Source of the DNA: a bacterium
GTDB lineage: Bacteria; UBA6262; WVXT01
DNA: 17,201 nt
NCBI GenBank assembly: GCA_046759165.1
Contig: JBHIBS010000029.1
Span: forward strand, 1 to 17,201
Reading direction: 5' to 3'
The notes beneath the pieces were generated by a model. The model searched no databases and was not told where the DNA came from. It saw only the letters and a program-made list of their open reading frames with translations. This document shows, in pieces, positions 1-7,147 of the stretch (position 1 is the stretch's first letter; the number at the start of each line of letters is the position of its first letter). Made by a program: the position numbers and the translations under genes.

Positions 1-2
1 TA

Positions 3-290
3 GACAAACATTTAGGTTGGGTAGAAGTATCTAGTAGCAGTTTGCTCCAGGATTATAAGAAGAAAGGTCGGAAAAAGTATCTCCGGAAATATTGGAACTT
101 TAACTTGTGGAAGAGGAAAAACATAGATTATTACTATCTGATAGGTTTTGATTGCAATTATGACAAGGCCCTGATTCGTTTGTTAATTCCAGTTAGAAAA
201 TTATCCAACATTAAGAAAACAGTATATTTTCCTTATTCTGGAAAAAGTAAATGGAATAACCACGTTGTTACTGAAAGCGAACTTTATTGA
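3..290 (+). CDS. Partial (5'-truncated by window) hypothetical protein, weakly PD-(D/E)XK nuclease-like
   Basis: Frame is open from position 3 (DKHLGWVEVSSSSLLQ...) to TGA at 288-290. Lys/Tyr-rich. The pattern VEVSSS...YWNFNL...DYYYLIGFD...LLIP recalls restriction-endonuclease-like folds. AT-rich (79/240 GC by hand count of the first 240 nt). Confidence 0.45.
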   Translation, partial: DKHLGWVEVSSSSLLQDYKKKGRKKYLRKYWNFNLWKRKNIDYYYLIGFDCNYDKALIRLLIPVRKLSNIKKTVYFPYSGKSKWNNHVVTESELY

Positions 291-378
291 TTTCAAGGAG
301 TTAGTGGATGTAAAAATGCCGTGTGAGCAAGAAGAGTTAATTGCTAACCTGAATTTTTAATTGAAGAGAGGGATAAAG

Positions 379-546
379 ATGGCCGTTAAAACGCAAGTAA
401 TAGATTTTAAAGATGCCCTGCTTACGATTATGTATACCCAAGAGGCTCTCATCAAACTTTTGGTTAAAAAGGGCATAATTACAGAAGAAGGATTATTACA
501 AGAAATTAAGAACATAAGGAGCAAAAAAGGCGTTCGTTTAGGGTAA
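379..546 (+). CDS. Small hypothetical protein (55 aa)
   Basis: ATG at 379 is preceded by purine-rich GAGAGGGA. MAVKTQVIDFKDALLTIMYTQEALIKLLVKKGIITEEGLLQEIK looks like an amphipathic helical protein with an EALxxLLxxKGIITxE pattern. Confidence 0.6.
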   Translation: MAVKTQVIDFKDALLTIMYTQEALIKLLVKKGIITEEGLLQEIKNIRSKKGVRLG

Positions 547-603
547 AACGCCACTTATTCATAATGCATTGGGTTTCTCCCGCTATTTTATTCGAATGCT
601 CTC

Positions 604-634
604 CAGTTGGATAGAGCAGCGGTTTCCTAAACCG
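604..634 (+). other. tRNA-Arg(CCU) gene fragment (D-loop plus anticodon arm), probable att-site remnant
   Basis: CAGTTGGATAGAGC-A-GCGGT-TTCCTAA-ACCG: D loop with GG and the A20 Arg identity element, anticodon stem CGGT/ACCG, 7-nt loop with CCT at 626-628. No acceptor stem or T arm. Confidence 0.75.
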
Positions 635-766
635 GAATGCAGAAAAAGACGAACCCGAAAAGATAGACGAAAATCCTGCATCTACTTGAAAAATCAAAGC
701 GATTTGGGATTTCTTATTTTATGGCGATTTATGGGATTTTGTGAGGTTTTGGCGGAAATGTGGTAA

Positions 767-1549
767 CAAAATGCCAATGCTATCTATTGGAATCCAGCAG
801 GGCTGGCCGGGCTCGAAAAGAGAGAAATTTCAGCAATGCATACAGAATGGATAACAGATATTCGCTATGATTTTCTTGGGTATGTTCATCCTGTGGGTAG
901 AGTGGGAGTGCTTGCCGGAAGTTTTAGCTATCTCAGTATGGGAGAGTTAGAGAGGAGAGGGGAGAATAGAGAGAAGTTAGGCGGGGGATTTACCGCCTAC
1001 GATCTGGCTGTAGCGCTATCCTATAGTAAAGCATTAAGTCAGGTGCTGAACTTAGGGGTAAATCTAAAGTTCATCCAACAAAAGATAGAGAAGGAAGATG
1101 GCTACGGCATAGCTTTCGACCTGGGCGCCATCTGCAAGGTGTGGGTGAAAGGATTGAGCCTTGGTCTTACTTTGCAGAACCTTGGCCCTAAAATGAAATT
1201 CATTAAAGAAGCCTATTCCCTTCCTTTGACCTTGACTATGGGAGTAGGATATAGATTTGTTCCGGGGCTGACCTTGGCTCTCGATGTGAGAAATCAGTTT
1301 ATTGAAAAGAGAACTACTTTGAGCTTCGGGACTGAATACTGGCCAATTAAACTGTTAGCTCTGAGAGCTGGTTATGTTGGTAGATTGCTTAGCTCAGTAG
1401 TTGAGAAGAGGGATGAGAAGATTGGTGATCTTCTTGGCTTGGGGGCAGGTTTGGGGCTGAGGCTTTTTGGGTATGAAGTCGATTATTCTTTTGTTCCCTT
1501 TGGCGACCTGGGAGAAACGCATAGAATATCCTTCAGTGCCAGATTTTAG
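767..1549 (+). pseudogene. 5'-truncated PorV/PorQ-family (FadL-like) outer-membrane beta-barrel protein
   Basis: The frame upstream of ATG 836 reads QNANAIYWNPAGLAGLEKREISAMH, which contains the family's YWNPAGL motif. An in-frame TAA at 764-766 removes the signal peptide and N-terminal GARxxGMG-type segment. Alternating beta-strand pattern, QNLG and LRAGY motifs, and C-terminal THRISFSARF ending in Phe. Confidence 0.75.
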
Positions 1550-1582
1550 GATAATAGAGAGTCAATAAGTTTTTTACACAAT

Positions 1583-1619
1583 AGCCGCTAACGGATAGCA
1601 CGACGTTGGCGGTTTTTTT
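1583..1619 (+). terminator. Rho-independent terminator
   Basis: Stem GCCGCTAACG (1584-1593) / CGTTGGCGGT (1604-1613) with G-U pairs, followed by a T run, just after the beta-barrel gene. Confidence 0.8.
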
Positions 1620-1633
1620 GTTATTGATGTTAT

Positions 1634-1715
1634 GTAGGGGCTCAATTTATTGGCCCGCTTCTTGACAGAGTGGGCGACCGTGGAAGGTCATCCTACGCGG
1701 TCGCTCTCGAGCTAC
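1634..1715. repeat. Degenerate GTAG-family REP pair (REPIN/BIME-like palindromes)
   Basis: GTAGGGGCTCAATTTATTGGCCC (1634-1656) faces GGGCGACC...GGTCATCCTAC (1672-1696). Additional inverted repeat GGGCGACCG / CGGTCGCTC and a second CTAC at 1712-1715. Confidence 0.55.
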
Positions 1716-1728
1716 AGAAGGGTTTTAA

Positions 1729-1757
1729 TTGACAAATTTTAGTTCTTTTGCTATTCT
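1729..1757 (+). promoter_or_regulatory. Sigma70-type promoter for the yhhQ operon
   Basis: TTGACA (1729-1734), 17-nt spacer, extended -10 TG-C-TATTCT (1749-1757), 27 nt upstream of ATG 1785. Confidence 0.75.
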
Positions 1758-1784
1758 ATTTTATACCGACGACAGAAAAAGCAA

Positions 1785-2465
1785 ATGGAAAAAACCGAAA
1801 GGGCTATTCAGCGAGAAGAGAAGGCTTATATTCTTTTGATAGCCATTTTTGTTGGTGGCCTGGTAATTGCAGGGGTTCTGGCAAGCAAGATTGTCAATGT
1901 GGCTGGTCTTACAGTCCCTGCAGGAGTTTTGGCCTACTCCATAACTTTTCCAATTACCGATATAATTTGTGAAGTTTGGGGTCGAAAGAGAGGAAAATAT
2001 GTGGTTTTTAGTGGGTTCATGACTCTACTGGTCGTCCTGGGACTGATTAGGCTTGCTCTCCTCTGGCCCAGAGCTCCTTTCTGGACTCAAGAGGAGGCTT
2101 TCGCCAGGATTCTGGGTAGCACCTCACGGATTATTATCGCCAGTTTTATTGCCTATTTAGTAAGCCAGTACCACGATATCTGGGCATTCCATTTCTGGCG
2201 CAAGGTTACCAAAGGAAAGTATCTCTGGCTGAGAAATAATGCTTCAACATTTGTCTCACAGTTCATCGATACATCTATCTTTATTACCATTGCTTTCTAC
2301 GGTTCAATGCCAGTTTTTACGTTAATTAAAGGGCAATATATCATCAAACTGCTAATTGCTATATTGGATACGCCGGTTGTATATTGTGGGGTTTGGTTAA
2401 TAAAAGGGAGAGGAAGAAATGAAAATAGGTATAGTAGGAGTTCCACCGCAGGAAATTTTAGATAA
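1785..2465 (+). CDS. yhhQ: Queuosine precursor transporter (YhhQ/QPTR, DUF165/Vut_1 family)
   Basis: Multi-TM protein with family motifs LASKI...PAGVLAYSITFPITDIICEVWG, RIIIASFIAYLVSQYHD and LWLRNNASTFVSQFIDTSIFITIAFYG. Confidence 0.92.
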   Translation: MEKTERAIQREEKAYILLIAIFVGGLVIAGVLASKIVNVAGLTVPAGVLAYSITFPITDIICEVWGRKRGKYVVFSGFMTLLVVLGLIRLALLWPRAPFWTQEEAFARILGSTSRIIIASFIAYLVSQYHDIWAFHFWRKVTKGKYLWLRNNASTFVSQFIDTSIFITIAFYGSMPVFTLIKGQYIIKLLIAILDTPVVYCGVWLIKGRGRNENRYSRSSTAGNFR

Positions 2466-3153
2466 ATATAGAGGAAATGTTTTTATAGACTTGGATACTC
2501 TTTTCGATTTTACCGATAACAGCAAAGCTGAAGTCTATTTACCAAAGATATATTGTGCTACAATCAAGAGCATTATAGCTAACGCTTTAACTATAAAATT
2601 GGACCTCATCATTTTCGATAATGGCTATAGCAAGTGTGACAATGGTAGGTTCGTTAGTGAGATTCTCAGGCGCGAGCTTAATGTACCTATAATTACCACT
2701 CAAAATAATGCTACTCGTAGACATCCCCAGACAATATGTGAAAGCGACCTCGAATTGAGAAAGAAGTTCGATTTGATAGTGGATAGTGTGGTTAAGGATG
2801 TTGATAAGTCAAAGTTAAAGTATGTGCAGCCAAAGTATGGTTTTTGGGGAGTCCCCCCCAATGACTTTAGCCTACTCGACCTATTCCTTAAAGAGACCCA
2901 TGTTTTCGGCTGGGCAAGGTGTATGGAAGCAAAAGTTCCAGCAGATCTGGAATTGGAAATGATGGTAACAGAGGACCTGCCCACAGTCTTCTATGCGCAG
3001 GCTTTCTGCAGCAAGAACTCCTTAGCGAAATATCTGGCAAAAAAGCACAATGGACTTTACGTTGAAGTTGACGACGTCCTCGACAATTCGGTTAAAAGTA
3101 AGATCGAAGCTTACCTCTACCTGAATAGAAAAACTAGAAAAAGAATGGACTGA
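2419..3153 (+). CDS. Putative Fe-S protein, small 2-hydroxyacyl-CoA dehydratase (HgdAB/FldBC)-like
   Basis: N-terminal KIGIVGVPPQEIL. Cys motifs PKIYC, SKCD, ARCME and QAFC. C-terminal LYVEVD...KSKIEAYL resembles the dehydratase family's LxxExD...RIEAF end. Lies next to an activase-type ATPase and has a purine-rich RBS. Confidence 0.6.
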   Translation: MKIGIVGVPPQEILDKYRGNVFIDLDTLFDFTDNSKAEVYLPKIYCATIKSIIANALTIKLDLIIFDNGYSKCDNGRFVSEILRRELNVPIITTQNNATRRHPQTICESDLELRKKFDLIVDSVVKDVDKSKLKYVQPKYGFWGVPPNDFSLLDLFLKETHVFGWARCMEAKVPADLELEMMVTEDLPTVFYAQAFCSKNSLAKYLAKKHNGLYVEVDDVLDNSVKSKIEAYLYLNRKTRKRMD

Positions 3154-3159
3154 GGCGAT

Positions 3160-3813
3160 ATGCTCTTAGGGGATGTGGGAACCAGTTATACTAAGATATT
3201 AGATATAGAAAAAGGGGAGTATAGAGTTATTAGGACTCTCGACCTGCTTAAGAGTGACATAAGATTCGATATGGCCTGTGGGCATAATGCGAAATTGAAG
3301 GCGGATAAAGTAGTTAATGAATTAGTTGCTCTGGAAAAGGGTAGCAGGAGATTGATTGGAAATGGGAATTTCCTGGTGGTGGATGTGGGAAGTAGAGATA
3401 TTAAATATGTAAGAATGAAAGGTAGTAAATATGAGGAGATGGATTGGAACGCTCTCTGTGGAGCGACTTTAGGATTCTCAATTGAACTTCTGGAGAACCA
3501 TTTTAATCTAAACACATCAGAACTAGAGAAAGCTTCCGAGTCCCTGGGGGTGACTTGTGGAGTTTTAGGTATGGCAAAAATTTTCGATAAGATTTCAGAT
3601 GGGTGTGAGATAAGTAATGTTCTGGCAAGCTTTGTCAAAGGGATAGCAGAGAACGTCCACAGATTCATAGACGAACCCGAATTCTTCTATTTAAGTGGAG
3701 GGTTGTGTAACAACAGTCTATTTATCAAAAGTTTCGATTGCAAGGTTGAACCCTTGGGAAGATTTGTTCTTTTAGAAGGATTGAGAGAGTTTGAGGATAC
3801 TGGAGCCGGATAA
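3160..3813 (+). CDS. ASKHA ATPase, acyl-CoA dehydratase activase-like (HgdC/BadF/BadG/BcrA/BcrD family)
   Basis: Phosphate-1 GDVGTSYTK, NELVA, phosphate-2 VDVGSRDIK, two cluster cysteines WNALCGATLG and VTCGVLG (compare MNDKCAAGTG and STCTVFA of HgdC-type activases), and adenosine motif LSGGL. Confidence 0.85.
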   Translation: MLLGDVGTSYTKILDIEKGEYRVIRTLDLLKSDIRFDMACGHNAKLKADKVVNELVALEKGSRRLIGNGNFLVVDVGSRDIKYVRMKGSKYEEMDWNALCGATLGFSIELLENHFNLNTSELEKASESLGVTCGVLGMAKIFDKISDGCEISNVLASFVKGIAENVHRFIDEPEFFYLSGGLCNNSLFIKSFDCKVEPLGRFVLLEGLREFEDTGAG

Positions 3814-3814
3814 T

Positions 3815-4696
3815 ATGCGTTTTGGATTTCACATCTGGATCGGTGAGGGATTCTCTAAGGTGCCTGAACTGGCACGAAAGAGGAGAGCCAGGACAATCCA
3901 ATTCTTTTCTCACAACCCCAGGGGATGGGGACTCCCTCCTCTCAGGCAAGAAGAGGTCAAGAAATTTAGAGAAGGAGTAGAAGCACTGGACGTTAAACCC
4001 CTATTTCTCCATATGCCCTATCTTCCCAATCTGACCTCTTCCGAGGAGGGTTTTTATCTTAAATCAATTGATGCATTGAGTATAGAGTTAGAGAGAGCAG
4101 AAATACTTGGTGCCCCATTTCTAATTACCCACATGGGAAGCTGCGGGGAAGCAAGTGAAGCAGAGTCCATAGAAAGACTGATTAAGGCGATAAACTACTC
4201 TCTCAATAAACGCCAAAACAGCGTAACTGTAGTTGTTGAGAATACTGCGGGACAGGGAAGGCAGATTGGATATAAATTTTCGCAAATTAAGACTGTTATT
4301 GATGCAATAGAAAATCGAGAAAGAATTGGAGTCTGCCTGGATACAGCACATGCTTTTGAATCGGGATATGACCTTTCAAGGAGAGATGGTCTGGAGAAGG
4401 CCTTAGAAGAATTCGAAAGACTCATTGGACTCGATAAATTGAAGCTTCTTCATCTCAACGATTCCAAGACTCCTCTTGGCTCCCGGGTAGACAGGCACTG
4501 GCATATCGGCGAGGGTTACATAGGTAATGAAGGGTTTAGAAACATCGTGAACCACCCAAAGTTACTACACTTACCCGGAATTATGGAGACACCCCATAAG
4601 AGCGAAGAAGACGATATCAGGAATATGTCGAAAATAGAAAGTCTTGTATCCCCTCACCCCAACCCTCTCCCCTTTGGGGAGGGGAGGCGAAGGTGA
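3815..4696 (+). CDS. nfo: Endonuclease IV (AP endonuclease 2)
   Basis: Likely start ATG 3815 (MRFGFH). Motifs QFFSHNPR, HMPY, THMGS, ENTAGQG, CLDTAHAF, HLNDSK, DRHWHIGEG and METP supply the expected Zn ligands. Confidence 0.95.
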   Translation: MRFGFHIWIGEGFSKVPELARKRRARTIQFFSHNPRGWGLPPLRQEEVKKFREGVEALDVKPLFLHMPYLPNLTSSEEGFYLKSIDALSIELERAEILGAPFLITHMGSCGEASEAESIERLIKAINYSLNKRQNSVTVVVENTAGQGRQIGYKFSQIKTVIDAIENRERIGVCLDTAHAFESGYDLSRRDGLEKALEEFERLIGLDKLKLLHLNDSKTPLGSRVDRHWHIGEGYIGNEGFRNIVNHPKLLHLPGIMETPHKSEEDDIRNMSKIESLVSPHPNPLPFGEGRRR

Positions 4697-4698
4697 GG
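4650..4698. repeat. Palindromic CCCCTCACCCCAACCCTCTCCCC-type REP-like element inside the 3' end of nfo
   Basis: Outer inverted repeat CCTCACC/GGTGAGG and inner CTCCCC-TTT-GGGGAG. Translates as PHPNPLPFGEG. Confidence 0.7.
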
Positions 4699-4723
4699 AA
4701 CTATTTGTAGCAAGGAGAATAAG

Positions 4724-5500
4724 ATGGCTAAAAAAGGAAAGATTGCAATTATTCCAATCAAGGGAATGGTTATTTCTGAGGAAGCTTCTCATTCGGCTTT
4801 TCCTCTCTTGGCTTTGGCGAGAGTAGTATCCTCAGCCGAAACAATCCCGTTAATCGAAAGTGTAAAGAAGAATCGCCGAATCAAAGGCTTAATTCTGGAA
4901 ATAAATTCTCCCGGGGGAAGACCTTTCCCCTGTAAAGAGATTGCAGAAAGTATTAAAAGTCTCGGAAAGCCCACGGTAGCCTGGATAAGGGAATATGCCA
5001 CCTCTGGTGGCTACTGGATTGCCTCCTCCTGCGATAGTATTGTAGCTGACCCCTTAAGTAGTCTGGGAAGTATTGGGGTGGCAAGTATTCGGCCCGACTT
5101 CTCTCAGCTGATGAAAAAGTTCGGGATAGATGTGGAGACAATGGCATCCGGTATCTATAAGACATTTGGCATACCTTATAAGAAATCGACCCCAGAAGAG
5201 AAAGAACTGCTAAAAGAAGAACTCGACACTATTTACAAGAACTTCATAGAAGAGGTCACTAAGAATAGGAAGCTAAAGGAAGAAGGAGTCCAGGAAATAT
5301 CTACTGGGAAGATTTACTTAGGAGAAGAGGCAAAGAAGTTGGGTCTGATAGATTTTCTCGGGGGTAAAGATAAAGCAATAGAACTCATTAAGAAGAAGAC
5401 GGGAATTGAAGCATACAAGATTGTGGATTACGCCAAGAAGATGAAGAGACCTTTAGGTCTTCTAAGAAGAATGTTTGGAAGCTTCTCCGCGTCACTGTAG
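4724..5500 (+). CDS. sppA: Signal peptide peptidase SppA (S49, short form)
   Basis: INSPGG, KPTVA, ATSGGYWIAS (catalytic Ser), GSIGV, SGIYK and GKIYLGEEAKKLGLID motifs. AGGAG RBS. Confidence 0.93.
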   Translation: MAKKGKIAIIPIKGMVISEEASHSAFPLLALARVVSSAETIPLIESVKKNRRIKGLILEINSPGGRPFPCKEIAESIKSLGKPTVAWIREYATSGGYWIASSCDSIVADPLSSLGSIGVASIRPDFSQLMKKFGIDVETMASGIYKTFGIPYKKSTPEEKELLKEELDTIYKNFIEEVTKNRKLKEEGVQEISTGKIYLGEEAKKLGLIDFLGGKDKAIELIKKKTGIEAYKIVDYAKKMKRPLGLLRRMFGSFSASL

Positions 5501-5501
5501 C

Positions 5502-5551
5502 AAAAAAGGGGTCAGAGCCATTTTTTCGGAGTCCTCCCGAAAGGGAGGTTT
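5502..5551. repeat. Two adjacent hairpins after sppA (GGGGTCAGA-type palindromic repeat; possible weak terminator)
   Basis: AAAAAAGGGGTCAGAGCCATTTTTT (5502-5526), then CCTCCC-GAAA-GGGAGG-TTT (5533-5551). Confidence 0.5.
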
Positions 5552-5569
5552 GTATATGAACGAGAAGGC

Positions 5570-6301
5570 ATGAAAGGATTAATTCTGGCTGCTGGTATTG
5601 GTAAGAGAGCTCGGCCACTGACCAATTCCCTCCCTAAATCTCTAATCCCTGTGGCAGGGAGACCGATGATTGAGTACAGCCTTAGGGGCTTCCAGAAGGC
5701 AAAAATTGATCAAGTGGCTATTGTTGTCTCTCCTAAGGATTATCGGACTATTTCTGAAAGATTGGGTGATGGACACCAGTGGAATATGAATTTCACCTAT
5801 ATAGAACAGGAGAGACCATTAGGTACGGCAGATGCAGTGGCAAGGGCTCAAGAATTTGTCGCCAGAGATAATTTCCTGCTCGCTTATTGTGACCATGTCT
5901 CCTTTTATGACTTCAGAGGCCTCATCGAGTCCCATCTAAATTTTCATCCTCTGGCGACTCTGCTTATTAATAAAGAAGAGAATCCTGAGACCACTGGTCA
6001 AGTAGTTTGGGAAGGAAATTTAGTCAAAAGGATAGTGGAGAAGCCGAAGGATAAGATTTCTGATTATGGAATAAGTGGGCTGTTAATTATTGAGCCCGAT
6101 ATTTTTCAGGCGATTCCTCACATTCAACTATCAGCAGAGGGAGAGTACCACATTGGAGATGCCCTACAGTACTTGATAAATAGGAAATTTGAAGTCCGTT
6201 ACCGAAAGATTGATACTTGGCGGATCAATGTGAATTCCCTGGAGGATATCAAGAGAGCTGAGGCTTTAATTCTAAAGAATCGAAGTCAGAAGGAATTATG
6301 A
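5570..6301 (+). CDS. Sugar-phosphate nucleotidyltransferase (RmlA/NTP_transferase family), substrate unknown
   Basis: MKGLILAAGIGKRARPLT...PKSLIPVAGRPMI, YIEQERPLGTADAV, IVEKP and GEYHIGDA motifs. Confidence 0.9.
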   Translation: MKGLILAAGIGKRARPLTNSLPKSLIPVAGRPMIEYSLRGFQKAKIDQVAIVVSPKDYRTISERLGDGHQWNMNFTYIEQERPLGTADAVARAQEFVARDNFLLAYCDHVSFYDFRGLIESHLNFHPLATLLINKEENPETTGQVVWEGNLVKRIVEKPKDKISDYGISGLLIIEPDIFQAIPHIQLSAEGEYHIGDALQYLINRKFEVRYRKIDTWRINVNSLEDIKRAEALILKNRSQKEL

Positions 6302-7043
6302 GATTTCCTGAAAAATTCTTTCTTATCTCGCTTTCTATTTCTTCCAGCTTAAAATCGATTTCCGTGAGGAAATGGACGGGGATGAGGATCTTAACCTGAG
6401 CCTCCTGGGCAATTTCTCCTAAAGTAAGAGCTGAGGTGTGCACTTCTTCAAGACTTTTGGCAAACCGTGACGGACAGGCGCAGTCGTGGATGAGGTAGTC
6501 AGTATCTCTTGCTTCCTCAATAACTGTCCGACTAAATGCCGTGTCTCCTGAGTAGACACAGGTTAAAGGGGGATCTTTAAGGTAGATTTTGAGTCCTATA
6601 GAATCGGAAGCGTGTTTTACTGGAAAAGATGAGATGACGGTCTTTTCGCTTTCGAAAAAGGGGAAATTCTTCTTATCGGCTGGTATTGTCTGGAAACAAA
6701 CTTCAGGAAACTTTTTAGGGTCTTCAAGCCTGTGGAAAGAGATAAGTCCTCTGATAAGAAGGAGGCACTCTTGGGTGGCAAAGATATTTACTCTATTTGC
6801 TAACCTGTACTGGGAGTGTAAGAGGGAAGGCACTCCATAGACATGGTCAACATGAGTATGGGTTAACACGAGGTTAGAAATTTCGCGGTAGTCGAAACCC
6901 AGTTTAGCAAGTTTTGCTACAGGGCTTCCGGGACAGTCTATGAGAAATTTCTCTCCGGAATCATCGACAAAGAGTAAGGAAGTATTATCTCTTTTGGCTG
7001 AGCCCACTGCCGCAGCAGTGCCCAAAAATACTATTTTTGCCAT
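6249..7043 (-). CDS. rnz: Ribonuclease Z-like metallo-beta-lactamase-fold hydrolase
   Basis: FLGTAAA...RDNTS, LIDC, THTHVDH metal motif, PVKH, YSGDT, LIHDC, HTS and LIPVHF. Short form. GAGGTG RBS. Confidence 0.75.
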   Translation of the reverse strand: MAKIVFLGTAAAVGSAKRDNTSLLFVDDSGEKFLIDCPGSPVAKLAKLGFDYREISNLVLTHTHVDHVYGVPSLLHSQYRLANRVNIFATQECLLLIRGLISFHRLEDPKKFPEVCFQTIPADKKNFPFFESEKTVISSFPVKHASDSIGLKIYLKDPPLTCVYSGDTAFSRTVIEEARDTDYLIHDCACPSRFAKSLEEVHTSALTLGEIAQEAQVKILIPVHFLTEIDFKLEEIESEIRKNFSGNLIIPSDFDSLELKPQLS

Positions 7044-7059
7044 TTTGCATCACCTCGAT

Positions 7060-7088
7060 ATAATATAGGAAATATCCCCAATTGTCAA
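7060..7088 (-). promoter_or_regulatory. Sigma70-type promoter for the RNase Z-like gene
   Basis: Minus strand reads TTGACA (7088-7083), 17 nt, TATTAT (7065-7060). Confidence 0.6.
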
Positions 7089-7147
7089 CAATTTTGTGGA
7101 AGGAGAATATAGAGGCAGGCGAACCTCTTGCTAGAGGCAAAGACACA

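Noticed and set aside
586-640. Circularly permuted or intact tRNA, suggested by TTCGAAT (591-597) just upstream of the D-loop fragment
   Set aside because: The flanks of TTCGAAT (TTTTA / GCTCT) cannot form a T stem, and no acceptor stem can be built.
569-766. 65-aa ORF in frame with the PorV/PorQ gene, possibly its N-terminus via readthrough of TAA 764-766
   Set aside because: The translation has no signal peptide or family motif and runs across the tRNA fragment, so it is likely spurious.
1758-1784. preQ1 riboswitch upstream of yhhQ
   Set aside because: The predicted leader is only about 20 nt. It has an A-rich tract but no P1 stem-loop downstream of the predicted transcription start.
1748-1972. 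74-aa Cys-rich alternative-frame ORF
   Set aside because: It overlaps the well-supported yhhQ in another frame and starts inside the promoter.
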